Positions 30,316 to 40,104 of a stretch of 64,000 bases of DNA are shown here, piece after piece. The DNA lies in contig CAXXFL010000002.1 of the NCBI GenBank assembly GCA_963674965.2, positions 64,001 to 128,000 on the forward strand. The letters run 5' to 3'. The stretch comes from a bacterium (GTDB lineage Bacteria; RBG-13-61-14; DATKZS01). The notes below the pieces were generated by a model. That model did not search any database and had not been told where the DNA came from. It saw only the letters and a list, made by a program, of their open reading frames with translations. The stretch's first letter is position 1. Each line of letters begins with the position of its first letter. The position numbers and the translations under genes were made by a program.

Positions 30316-30771
30316 ATGACTGATAATATTTATCTCCAATGTTATGATGAATACAATAAATATGCATGCTATAATGTGATTAATTTTAATATATCATATT
30401 ATAATAAAGAACAAATAGCTGTTAACAAAAACATGGTCCAAAGCGGGTGGTATTCAAGTTATAGTGGCCATTTAATTTTATTATATATAATTAATGGCAA
30501 GTTGATATTAAAAGTAAATGAATTTCATTTCGAATTATGTGAAGATATCATTGTCGATGTCTCAGGCCCTTGGGACAATCGCACTCTAAAAATATATTTA
30601 AAAAAACGAGAAGTACTTACTATCATGTATACTACAATTAATAGGCCATACGATAATGATATAACGCCATTTATAGAGGATGATGATTTTGATTTATGTT
30701 TATTTGCACGCAACCTGTTAATGGACAAAGAGCGAAGAAATCGAGTAATAAACATCAAACGTTATATATAA
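30316..30771 (+). CDS. Putative immunity protein for cassette 6
   Basis: Very AT-rich ORF abutting the toxin, with DITPFIEDDDFD motif. Confidence 0.7.
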   Translation: MTDNIYLQCYDEYNKYACYNVINFNISYYNKEQIAVNKNMVQSGWYSSYSGHLILLYIINGKLILKVNEFHFELCEDIIVDVSGPWDNRTLKIYLKKREVLTIMYTTINRPYDNDITPFIEDDDFDLCLFARNLLMDKERRNRVINIKRYI

Positions 30772-30784
30772 ATAGAGACATGGT

Positions 30785-30993
30785 GGATGTCCATTACGGT
30801 TTTGCATGAAAACCGTGTGGCTCTCGCGGAGCGAGACAGGTGTACCGGTATAAGCTTCTCACGGTTCTTTGAAAATTCAATTGAGCTTTTCGCATACAGG
30901 TGGAGCCGAAAGCTTCGACATGACTTGAGGCGCTAAGCCCGTTCGCTCCGCTCACCCACTCATTCGTGCCGAATGAGGTGGGCCACCCAAGAT
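30785..30993 (+). repeat. Spacer family A, full copy with boxA-like motif (30864-30875)
   Basis: Same hairpin series with loop substitutions. Confidence 0.85.
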
Positions 30994-32229
30994 GACGAGA
31001 TCGAGGAGGGCGACACCCTCAAGCTGGCCGTGGCGGGGGCGCTGGACGCGGGGACGTACACGGTGCGCTTCGATAATGGGTCGGGCTCGGTTTACGCCAT
31101 CGAGGTGGCCGTGTCCGAGGGCGCGACTTATATATTTGTGGACACGGGAGACCTCGGGGACGACGCCGGCTCCGGCTCATACGACATTGACGTGGTGGAC
31201 GACTCGGGCTCGAGCCTCCTCGACTCGGGCGCCGCCTCGGTCAATATCTCCCAGCGGCTCTACCTCCATTACGGGCTCCACTCCCCGGTGGTCGCCACCA
31301 ACTCCGACGGCGAGACCGTCTGGCGCCGCGCCTATCTCCCCTTCGGCGCCGACTTCTCCGGCTCGCCCTCCCACCCCCTCACCATCGCCAACTCCTCCAT
31401 CACCCACGGCTTCGTAGGCCGCCGACAAGATAATGACGTCGGCCTCTACCAACTCGGCGCCCGCTGGTACGACCCGGACCTCGGCAGGTTCGTGAGCACA
31501 GACCCGGTGTCTGGCCTTCTGAACCAGTACTCTTACGCCAATAACAATCCGTTCGTTTATCATGATGCTTCCGGTTTGTTTTTCGAACAATTTACCACCG
31601 GAGTCGTCAAACAAGCCCTCAGCCCATGGATAAAAATCAATGAGGTTGTAAAGGTGCCGGGACTTGATACCGCAATGTATTACATAGAGGGCACGGAGTC
31701 GGAAATCTTGGCATGGGAAGATACTCATGACTTTTTCACCGGTACCGCCCATGAGGATTGGTGGGCCATGGCCGATACTTATGAACAAGGGTCGGCGGGC
31801 TATTGGGCCTATGGCGTCGGCGGCATGTTCGCATGTACGAACGATATACAGTTTTTTGGCAGTATAGCTGAACTAGGGGCTATGGGCCTTGGGGCCAAAG
31901 CTGTCGCCGGTGAGGAAATGGCAGCCGCAAATGCGGGGAAATCATCTAAAGCTTCTCAATTATCAAAAAATAAAGCAAAAGGAGACGCTTTTCGTGACGA
32001 GATAGCTGAATTATTTGAGAAAAATGGGTATGAAGTCGAAAAAGAGGTGACGAAAAAAACCCCATTTGGTAATCGTCGATTAGACATGGAGGTGAAAAAA
32101 GACGGTAAGGTACTTGGTGGAATTGAAACAAAAACGGGAGATTCACCTTATAAGCCTTCACAAAGAGCAAAAGATAAATGGCTTCAGATATTTGAAAGAT
32201 ATTTTGTTGATCTTGTACGTGATAATTAG
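30973..32229 (+). CDS. Orphan cassette 7 (short type): Rhs-core copy plus REase-fold tip
   Basis: NKAKGDAF...TPFGNRRLD...GIETK...Q.AKD. Confidence 0.8.
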   Translation: MRWATQDDEIEEGDTLKLAVAGALDAGTYTVRFDNGSGSVYAIEVAVSEGATYIFVDTGDLGDDAGSGSYDIDVVDDSGSSLLDSGAASVNISQRLYLHYGLHSPVVATNSDGETVWRRAYLPFGADFSGSPSHPLTIANSSITHGFVGRRQDNDVGLYQLGARWYDPDLGRFVSTDPVSGLLNQYSYANNNPFVYHDASGLFFEQFTTGVVKQALSPWIKINEVVKVPGLDTAMYYIEGTESEILAWEDTHDFFTGTAHEDWWAMADTYEQGSAGYWAYGVGGMFACTNDIQFFGSIAELGAMGLGAKAVAGEEMAAANAGKSSKASQLSKNKAKGDAFRDEIAELFEKNGYEVEKEVTKKTPFGNRRLDMEVKKDGKVLGGIETKTGDSPYKPSQRAKDKWLQIFERYFVDLVRDN

Positions 32230-32425
32230 ATTGAATTATCGAAGTGTCACAAGTAGTGTGCCTTGAGGTAAGGATTAACTGACTTGTAAACGGTAACCCG
32301 ATTGACATTGCAAAGCTTTCGATATGAAAGCAACAATATTTTATAATCAATTTTATGTTGTGGTATATATAGAAAGTAAGGGGCGTTAAGATCGTGTGTA
32401 TAAGACATTAAGGAGATTTGGCAAA

Positions 32426-33040
32426 ATGGAAGCTTTGTCTTTATTTAACAGATTAGTTAGGGAACATATCAGGCCTTTATTGTCATTACACGGATATAAA
32501 CGTTATGGCAATACTTACCTGCTTTATAAAGATGAAATATGGAGGCTTATAAACTTTCAGAAAAGCACAAAAAGTACTAGACATGAAGTACTTTTTACCA
32601 TTAATTTGGGAATATCCTCACAGTTACTTTATAATTTTTATAATGAAACAATTAAGCGTCCGAAGATTGAAGACTGTCACTTTCGTGAACGCATTGGATT
32701 TTTATTGCCTCAGCATAAGGATAAATGGTGGACAATCAATGCCAATTCAAACCTTGTCGATCTCAATGAAGAAATATTTTCGAGCACTGAGCATTATATC
32801 GTACCGGAGTTAGAAAAATATTCTAGTAACAGCAATTTGAGAGATCTCTGGATTTCGGGCAGATCACCAGGGTTAACTGATTTTAAAAGGCTAATGAATT
32901 TAATGATCTTATTAAAGGAAATTGGTCCGACCGAAATGCTCGAACAGGTTATTGAAGAATTACGATTGGACGCACAAGGCACGCCAGCTGGTATAACCGC
33001 TGAAATATATATTGATAAAATATTAAAAAGTAATAGGTAA
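32426..33040 (+). CDS. DUF4304-like putative immunity protein
   Basis: P.L..HGYKR.G...LINFQKS...FTINLGI...RERIG.L...D.WW pattern, AAGGAG RBS. Confidence 0.75.
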   Translation: MEALSLFNRLVREHIRPLLSLHGYKRYGNTYLLYKDEIWRLINFQKSTKSTRHEVLFTINLGISSQLLYNFYNETIKRPKIEDCHFRERIGFLLPQHKDKWWTINANSNLVDLNEEIFSSTEHYIVPELEKYSSNSNLRDLWISGRSPGLTDFKRLMNLMILLKEIGPTEMLEQVIEELRLDAQGTPAGITAEIYIDKILKSNR

Positions 33041-33144
33041 CCAACAAAAGGGTCTACATTTTATCACTCTTGTCCAAAATAGGTTATTGTTTTGGACAGG
33101 GTTTCACATCCAGAGGCGTCAATTGATTCGATCTGCCGCCTTGG

Positions 33145-33328
33145 GCGTGTGGCTCTCGCAACGCGAGACAGGTATACCGGTATAAGCTTCTCACGGTTCT
33201 TTGAAAAAACAATTTGAGCTTTTTACTGCATGTAGTTGGAGTCGTAAGCTTCGACATGCCTCGAGGCGCTAAGCCTGTTCGCTCCGCTCACCCACTCATT
33301 CGTTCCGAAAGAGTGGGCCACCCAAGAT
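33145..33328 (+). repeat. Spacer family A, 5'-truncated copy with boxA-like motif (33196-33207)
   Basis: CGTGTGGCTCTCGCAACGCGAGACAGG...GTTCTTTGAAAA...CGCTCCGCTCACCCACTC. Confidence 0.85.
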
Positions 33329-34597
33329 GATGAGCTTGAGGAGGGAGACACGGTGCTCCGGCTGGCCGTGACCTCAAGCTTGGACGCGGGCACTTATACG
33401 GTACGGTTCGATAACGGTTCGGGATCGGTTCACGAGATCGAAGTAGCCGTGTCCGAGGGCGCGACCTATGTTATCGTGGACATAAGCGACCTTTGGGACG
33501 ATGAAGCAAGAAGCTTTTGGGTGGACATTGCCGACGACTCGGGCGCGAGCCTCCTCGACTCGGGCACGACCACCGTCAACCTCACCCACCGCCTCTACCT
33601 CCATTACGGTCTCCACTCCCCGGTGGTCGCCACCAACCAGGACGGCGAGACCGTCTGGCGCCGCGCCTACCTCCCCTTCGGCGCCGACTTCGCCGGCTCG
33701 CCCTCCCACCCCCTCACCATCGCCAACTCCTCCATCACCCACGGCTTCGTCGGCCGCCGACAAGATAATGACGTCGGCCTTTATAAGCTGGGCGCTCGCT
33801 GGTATGACCCGGATTTAGGAAGGTTCGTTAGTACGGACCCGATACCAGGACTTATTAATCAATACGAGTACGCTCATAATAATCCAATAACCTTTCAGGA
33901 CTCGAATGGGATGCAATATGGCGGCCCTGGATATACTCAGTGGGCTGAGAATAGCAGTCTATCTGGCGGGACCGTTTCCGTCAAGGAAGTTGTAAAAGAA
34001 TTAAAGACGTTTGCAGACTTGTCAACGGCGTTTGTCCCGGGTGTCAACGATGTGCGCGATGTATTCGAATGCACCAGCGGCTACGATGCAATAAATGTTA
34101 CGGAACTTCAATGGTACTGGCGGGCGACGAGTTGCGTTGGAATAGCTGCCGCGTCAGGCGCGGGTGTAAGAAAAGCTGGACTGTTAATTTCCGGTGTCAC
34201 ACGGTATGGTGACGACGTTGCAAGTCATGCTGATGAAGTTGCGGGGATAGGCAAATATTGGAAGAATAAGGGTCACCATATCCATGCGGCAGCGGGCTTT
34301 ACGGATCACGTTAAATATAGTAAAAGTAAAGGATTCTCCATAAGCAAAGAGTTTATGGAAGAAAATGGCTTGTCGCATTTAGACATGACAAATGAACAAC
34401 GTAGGCAATTCAGGGAACTAGCTGAAAGTGGGCGTCCCAATACATTGGAAGAACATTCACGTATTGCATACGAATCCTTAATCGCGGGAGGAGCCACACC
34501 AGAAATGGCTGAAGAATTAGTTGGACAATCTCTTCGAAATCTGGCCGAACAAGGCGTTGAAGTACCGACAAATATACCTTGGTATAACAATAAGTAA
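33329..34597 (+). CDS. Orphan cassette 8 (short type, diverged N-part): Rhs-core copy plus His-rich putative nuclease tip
   Basis: Tip KGHHIHA...HLDMT...PTNIPW. Shared part is more divergent than in the other cassettes. Confidence 0.75.
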   Translation, partial: DELEEGDTVLRLAVTSSLDAGTYTVRFDNGSGSVHEIEVAVSEGATYVIVDISDLWDDEARSFWVDIADDSGASLLDSGTTTVNLTHRLYLHYGLHSPVVATNQDGETVWRRAYLPFGADFAGSPSHPLTIANSSITHGFVGRRQDNDVGLYKLGARWYDPDLGRFVSTDPIPGLINQYEYAHNNPITFQDSNGMQYGGPGYTQWAENSSLSGGTVSVKEVVKELKTFADLSTAFVPGVNDVRDVFECTSGYDAINVTELQWYWRATSCVGIAAASGAGVRKAGLLISGVTRYGDDVASHADEVAGIGKYWKNKGHHIHAAAGFTDHVKYSKSKGFSISKEFMEENGLSHLDMTNEQRRQFRELAESGRPNTLEEHSRIAYESLIAGGATPEMAEELVGQSLRNLAEQGVEVPTNIPWYNNK

Positions 34598-34618
34598 ATA
34601 TCACGAGGTAGTGTAATT

Positions 34619-34987
34619 ATGAGTAATCATGTACTCGATCGGTTTGGACAATTTCTAATGGAGAACGTTAGGGATCGACAAATATCAATTTGCACACGAC
34701 TAATTGAAGGAACTATGAAAGGCGTAACTCAAGAAAAGATAAAGCCGATTCTTTCCGACTTGACTGAAAAAGAACTTTCTGTATTTATAAAATTACTGCC
34801 AATAATAGTGGACATAGGATTGCACGAATTTCTTTTTGCATTAACTGAGCAGGATGATATCTCTATATTAGTCGAAACAAACGATGGAGGCAAGGTTGAT
34901 ATAAACGAAGAAAGTGACGGTCTTCATGGAGAACTATTTACTACAGATGGATGGATATATCGCTTCAGTAAATATCCTGAATTCTAA
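34619..34987 (+). CDS. Putative immunity protein for cassette 8
   Basis: LDRFGQFLMENVRD...SDGLHGELF...GWIYRFSK, GAGG RBS. Confidence 0.75.
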   Translation: MSNHVLDRFGQFLMENVRDRQISICTRLIEGTMKGVTQEKIKPILSDLTEKELSVFIKLLPIIVDIGLHEFLFALTEQDDISILVETNDGGKVDINEESDGLHGELFTTDGWIYRFSKYPEF

Positions 34988-35067
34988 ATAACAGGTAACA
35001 CATAGAAGGGTCCTGAAATATAAGTAAACAGGTAACACACAAAAGGGTCTTAAATATAAGTAACCCA

Positions 35068-35197
35068 TATAACTCCGCTATATGGTCGAGAATAGCGAGC
35101 AGGTCATAGAGAATCGTTTCCCGGGGATGACCTATGCTTTGGTTGTCGATATAGATTTAACTCCGCTCTTTGAAAACTTGCCTCTGTTCTTTCCGCC
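35068..35197 (+). repeat. Spacer family B, long copy with boxA-like motif (35165-35176)
   Basis: Aligns with 26405-26535. Confidence 0.8.
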
Positions 35198-36982
35198 GAT
35201 TCTGACTTTGACGGCTTCACGGACGGGTGGGAGGTGGAGTACGCGGATAGCCTTGGGTTCGATCCGGTGGTGGTGGAGTGCGATACGGCGGTGGCGGATT
35301 ATGACGGGGACGGGATGGCGGCCATTATCGAGGCGAGGCTGGGGACCAACCCGCTGTTGGCCGACTCGGATGGGGACGGGATCGACGATTATTGGGAGGT
35401 CATCGCCGGGCTGGACCCGCTGGTGGACGACGCGGCCGATGACCCCGACGGGGACGGGAGGACCAACCTCGAGGAGTACCAAAACTCGGGCTACTTCTAC
35501 ACCAATCCCCTGAGTCCCGATACCGACGGCGACGGGCTGTGCGACGGCGTGACCTCGGTCATGGACGGAGCGACCCAGCTCTGCGGGCCTGGGGAGGGAG
35601 ACTCGGCGACGCCCGAGCTGGACGCGGCGCGGCTACGGCTCCTGGCCGAGAGCGCCATCGGCGAGCTGACCCTCGGCGACGGCGACACCTGGTCCGACGA
35701 GCTCGAGGAGGGCGACACTCTCAAGCTGGCCGTGGCGGGGGCGCTGGACGCGGGGACGTACACGGTGCGGTTCGATAATGGGTCGGGCTCGGTCTTCACC
35801 ATCGAGGCGTACGTGTCCGAGGGCGCGACTTATATCCTGGTGGACGCGGGCGACCTCGGGGACGACGCCGGCTCCGGCTCTTACGACATTGACGTGGTGG
35901 ACGACTCGGGCTCGAGCCTCCTCGACTCGGGCGCCGCCTCGGTCAATATCTCCCAGCGGCTCTACCTCCACTACGGTCTCCACTCCCCGGTGGTCGCCAC
36001 CAACTCCGACGGCGAGACCGTCTGGCGCCGCGCCTACCTCCCCTTCGGAGGCGACTTCGCCGGCTCGCCCTCCCACCCCCTCACCATCGCCAACTCCTCC
36101 ATCACCCACGGCTTCGTCGGTCGCCGCTCCGACAATGACGTCGGCCTCTATCAACTCGGCGCCCGCTGGTACGACCCGGACCTGGGGCGGTTCGTGAGCG
36201 TCGATCCGGTTTTCCAGGATCTCAATCAATACGCATACGCGAATAATAATCCATTCGTCTATCAGGACGGCGATGGTCGCGATCCTATGGCAATGGCGGC
36301 TTTGATAATTTACGCCGCCGGCGGTATTGGAGTTGGAGTTCCTCTCGCTATAGTAGGAGGTCTGGATGGAGTTGGAGCGATTCCTTCTGAAGCAGCGGCT
36401 GATGACGCTTACAATGGAATACGAGATGCTTGGGACGTCGTCAATATCCCAGGGGACGTTTGCGCCGGCTTAAGTTTTACCGCCACCGGCTATAAGATCG
36501 CAAAAAACCCTCGAGGGTTTTATAATGGAGTCAAGGGATCAATAAACGGAGTAAAAGGATTATTAAAAGGGTCGGCCGACGACGCGGCCGAGGGCGCGGG
36601 CAAGGCCGTATTGGAGGCCGCGGAGGAAGTTGGCGATGACGCGGTAGATATAAACTTAAAATATAAACACGGTTGGAGTAATTCGCAACGTGCTGCCGCT
36701 GATGGTAAAGTGAAAGCTCTAACAGAAGCGGAAACAAAAGTAGTGAAAAACCCTAGTCGTAGCGGTACTGCGCAAGCAAAGTATCGCAAGGATTCAGGAC
36801 TAGATGCATCAATGGATGCTGATCATACTATTGATCTCCAATTGAATGGAGTCGATGATATGTCAAATATATCTGGACTCGATAGAAGCGTTAATAGAAG
36901 CTTGGGGGCTCAAATTCAACAGAATATTAAGCAATATCCAGAAGGCACAAGAGTGAATAAAGTCATAATAAAGGATGAATAA
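35198..36982 (+). CDS. Orphan cassette 9: Rhs-core copy plus HNH-fold nuclease tip
   Basis: [15 protein letters not shown]...[10 protein letters not shown]. Confidence 0.85.
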   Translation, partial: DSDFDGFTDGWEVEYADSLGFDPVVVECDTAVADYDGDGMAAIIEARLGTNPLLADSDGDGIDDYWEVIAGLDPLVDDAADDPDGDGRTNLEEYQNSGYFYTNPLSPDTDGDGLCDGVTSVMDGATQLCGPGEGDSATPELDAARLRLLAESAIGELTLGDGDTWSDELEEGDTLKLAVAGALDAGTYTVRFDNGSGSVFTIEAYVSEGATYILVDAGDLGDDAGSGSYDIDVVDDSGSSLLDSGAASVNISQRLYLHYGLHSPVVATNSDGETVWRRAYLPFGGDFAGSPSHPLTIANSSITHGFVGRRSDNDVGLYQLGARWYDPDLGRFVSVDPVFQDLNQYAYANNNPFVYQDGDGRDPMAMAALIIYAAGGIGVGVPLAIVGGLDGVGAIPSEAAADDAYNGIRDAWDVVNIPGDVCAGLSFTATGYKIAKNPRGFYNGVKGSINGVKGLLKGSADDAAEGAGKAVLEAAEEVGDDAVDINLKYKHGWSNSQRAAADGKVKALTEAETKVVKNPSRSGTAQAKYRKDSGLDASMDADHTIDLQLNGVDDMSNISGLDRSVNRSLGAQIQQNIKQYPEGTRVNKVIIKDE

Positions 36983-37606
36983 ATGTTATATAACTTTATT
37001 AACACATTCAAAGCCACAGGAGATGTTGGCAATGTGAAAGCTAGCATCTGCTTTGAAAAAGAACATGGATTGTTCTTTACGACTTGTATTAATGAATTAG
37101 GAGGAAAGTCTTTCAATCACGGCCTTTATCGCGTTTACAGAAGTGATCAAATAAATACTGCAACTTATTTAGTTGAGGAAGCTTTTCCTGAATTGAAGAA
37201 TCGTATTGTTTGTTTTGCTTTTGATTGGCTTGGCCGACATTTTGCGGTTGACTCATCACGGCAAAAAAATGGCCAGCATCTTATTCTATTTATTGAACCG
37301 GGCACGGGAGAGGTGTTGCAGATACCATCAAATATTATAGATTTTCATAATATTGAATTGGTTAATTATACAAATGATGCTCTTGCACTTTCATTTTATA
37401 ACGAATGGAAACGTAGGAATAATGAAGTATTACAGCATGACCAATGCGTTGGTTATAAAGTGCCTCTTTTCCTTGGTGGGGATGATACGATTGATAATCT
37501 TGAAGTGATTGACCTTGAAGTCTATATAGAGATATGTGGAAAGATTCGTAATAAAATTATTAGTTTACCTGATGGCACGCCTATACGTAAGATTACCATT
37601 AGCTGA
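36983..37606 (+). CDS. Immunity protein, Tdi1-like (DUF1851 C-terminus)
   Basis: GLYRVY...FAFDWLGRHF...CVGYKVPLFLGGDD..DNLE..DLEVY. Confidence 0.85.
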   Translation: MLYNFINTFKATGDVGNVKASICFEKEHGLFFTTCINELGGKSFNHGLYRVYRSDQINTATYLVEEAFPELKNRIVCFAFDWLGRHFAVDSSRQKNGQHLILFIEPGTGEVLQIPSNIIDFHNIELVNYTNDALALSFYNEWKRRNNEVLQHDQCVGYKVPLFLGGDDTIDNLEVIDLEVYIEICGKIRNKIISLPDGTPIRKITIS

Positions 37607-37609
37607 AAG

Positions 37610-37780
37610 TGGCGGGATGGCCATAAGGTTTTGCAAGAAAGCGTGTGGCTCTCGCGGAGCGAGACAGGTATACCGGTATAAGATGCTCACGGTTCTTTGA
37701 AAAAATAATTTGAGCTTTTCACATAAAGGTTAAGCCAAAAACTTCGACATGACTTGAGGCGCTAAGCCTGTTCGCTCCGC
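37610..37780 (+). repeat. Spacer family A, 3'-truncated copy with boxA-like motif (37692-37703)
   Basis: Same hairpin series, lacking the terminal hairpin. Confidence 0.8.
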
Positions 37781-37883
37781 GACACCTGGTAAGACGTGCT
37801 CGAGGAGGGCGACACTCTCAAGCTGTCCGTGGCGGGGGCGCTGGACGCGGGGACTTACACGGTGCGCTTCGATAATGGGTCGC
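37781..37883 (+). pseudogene. Remnant of a tenth cassette, truncated
   Basis: [28 protein letters not shown], then homology stops abruptly. Confidence 0.85.
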
Positions 37884-38517
37884 GGCCACGAGTTACGAAG
37901 GAGTCGCCGAAATCTTTCCTGGAGAAATGGACCTCCGGCATTTCCTTTACCCCTTCAATTAGTCTTTTAGTTGGGAAACCTTCGTTAAATTATTTCTCAC
38001 CGGCTTTCTTTCCCCACTCGCGTGTAACTCCCATCGGCGCCTACATTTTTTGATATTTTCTCCAAAATAGAACGTTATGAAGAGAGTTGCTTCCGGGGAG
38101 CCAGATATCCAGCCGCGAACTAAAGCGGCTTTATTATTTTACGGAGAGCCTCCGGACACCGGGTCCTGGGGCTCTCGGTTTTTTCAATCAATTCCGCCAG
38201 GTTGCGGACCTCTCACACATCTCGCGATTCTCCATTTGCGACTCACATTTTTGGGGTACGTTTGCAACCTTGAGGTTTCGCCCCGCGACCGGAATTTTCT
38301 CCGGCGGAATCTCCCATTCTCCGTTTAACATGCCGAGTTTGTTAACAGTTCCGTGCAGACGCAAAACCAGATTCTCTCTCGCACAATCTCCATACAAGTT
38401 GAATAAATCCATTCGCTTCTACTCGCCCCTTGTGTATTGGCGGTTGTGTTCGGGCGGCCGGGACGGATTTTCTCCGACAGATAATCCCCTCGTCCGGTAT
38501 ATAACCACCAGGGCCGG

Positions 38518-38757
38518 ATGATCGTAGCCGGGTCGCGAGAGGAGGAAGAGTTGGAGAGGAATTCAGGAGATCAAAAAAGGAGTGACGAGGCGATTGGCGA
38601 GATCGCTTCGATTCTGGCGCGAGGATATCTGAGGCTGATGAAATCGAGGCGCGGGGATTCGGATGTCGATGTGGAGGTCGCCTCCGACAATGCGGCGTTA
38701 ACAGAGAATCGCCTTGACTGTTCGAGCGACCGAAGCAATCATTCCGAACCGGTTTAA
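38518..38757 (+). CDS. Small hypothetical protein preceding the recombinase module
   Basis: IASILARGYLRL motif, recalled from ORFs upstream of DUF2924/recombinase modules. Confidence 0.5.
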   Translation: MIVAGSREEEELERNSGDQKRSDEAIGEIASILARGYLRLMKSRRGDSDVDVEVASDNAALTENRLDCSSDRSNHSEPV

Positions 38758-38790
38758 CACAACCGGAGAAAATTCAAGAGGAGGTTTGGA

Positions 38791-40104
38791 ATGGAGACAT
38801 CGGTTTACAGGGAGATCAAGGACCGACTCTCCCGTTCGCTCCTCGATTTCAGCCGCCTCGTGGAAAAGTTCGAGCGTCATGGTGTGAGCTTCGTCTCGGT
38901 CACCCAGCGGTTCTCGACCACTGACTCAATGGGCCGCCTCACCCTCAATATGCTCCTCTCCTTCGCCCAGTTCGAACGCGAGATAATTGCCGAACGAACA
39001 AGAGATAAGATGTCCGCCGCTCGTCAGAAGGGAAAGTGGACCGGCGGCATGCCCGTGCTGGGCTATGACATTGATCCGCGCGGAGGCCGCATCCATGTCA
39101 ATAAAAAGGAGGCGGAACGGGTTCGCGCCATCTACGAACTGTACTTGGAGCACACCACCATGATGCCGGTAGTAAAGGAGTTGAACCGCCTGGGCTGGAG
39201 AACCAAGGAATGGACGACCAAGAAGGGGCACAAACGAGGCGGCAAGCATTTCAACAAAACCAACCTGCACCGGCTCTTGACCAACATCATTTACACCGGC
39301 AAGATCAAGTACAAGGACACGGTCTACGAAGGGGAGCATAAGGCCATAGTCGAACTCGAGACCTGGCAAAAGGTCCAGGACATCATGCGCGGCAACTGCC
39401 ACGGCAACTCCTACGCGGTCCGCAACAAGTACGGCGCTCTGCTGAAAGGCCTGCTCTATTGCGTTCCCTGCGGAACCGCCATGTCCCCTTCCTACGTCAT
39501 CAAGAAGGAAAAGCGCTACCGATATTACGTCTGCATGAACGCCCAGAAGAACGGCTATGATTCCTGCCCCTCCAAATCCCTCAACGGTCACGACATCGAA
39601 CAGGAAGTGGTCAGACACATTCGAGGGATCGGCATGAACGAAGAACTGATCGCCGCGACAATCGGCCACGCCAGGCACCGCGTCGAAAGCAAGCTGAAGG
39701 TGCTCGATACCGAGCGCGACGAGTTGACCAGCGAGCTCAGGCGCTTGAACCTGAAGTTGCGAAAGGTGGTCAAGGAGCCAATCGCCAGGAAGGACGACGG
39801 GACCCTGGAGACAGATTACCTCGCGGACCTCCAGGACCAGATCAGGACAGCCGAACGCAGAATGACCCAAATCAAGGAGGAGATCATCCAACTGCGGCGT
39901 GGGGCCGTGAACGAAAAAGAAGTCGTCGATGAACTGGCGACCTTCGACAACATCTGGGACTCGCTCAACTCCCGCGAGCAGGCCCGGCTCCTTAACGTGC
40001 TTATAGAAAGGATCGGCTACGACGGCTCGACCGGAAAGGTCTCGATCACTTTCAAGTCGCTGGAGATCAAGGAAATGGTACATGGAGGCAAGGAACAGGC
40101 ATGA
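38791..40104 (+). pseudogene. Large serine recombinase lacking its catalytic N-terminus
   Basis: METSVYREIK is fused directly to DRLSRS. The YxRxS motif present in the paralog at 52935 is missing. Recombinase, Zn-ribbon and coiled-coil regions are retained. Confidence 0.8.

Noticed and set aside
32300-32350. TTGACA and TATAAT upstream of the DUF4304-like gene
   Set aside because: Spacing is about 34 bp, incompatible with a single sigma70 promoter.
14608-36229. Recurring antisense and alternate-frame ORFs ([10 protein letters not shown]..., MYVPASSA..., MVKEPW...)
   Set aside because: Shadows of the GC-rich repeated coding arm.
14309-36250. Repeated arms as a diversity-generating retroelement
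   Set aside because: No reverse transcriptase in the window, and the differences are not adenine-specific.
16525-37780. Spacer repeats as a CRISPR array or integron attC sites
   Set aside because: Units are kilobases apart and up to ~215 bp long. No cas or integron integrase gene is present, and no consistent RYYYAAC/GTTRRRY ends.
38085-38135. Possible att site or tRNA-like remnant at the island's left edge
   Set aside because: No cloverleaf and no matching second copy found in the window.
38926-40083. 385-aa minus-strand ORF, and similar ones at 1500-2348 and 52896-53813
   Set aside because: Antisense shadows of recombinase and transposase genes.
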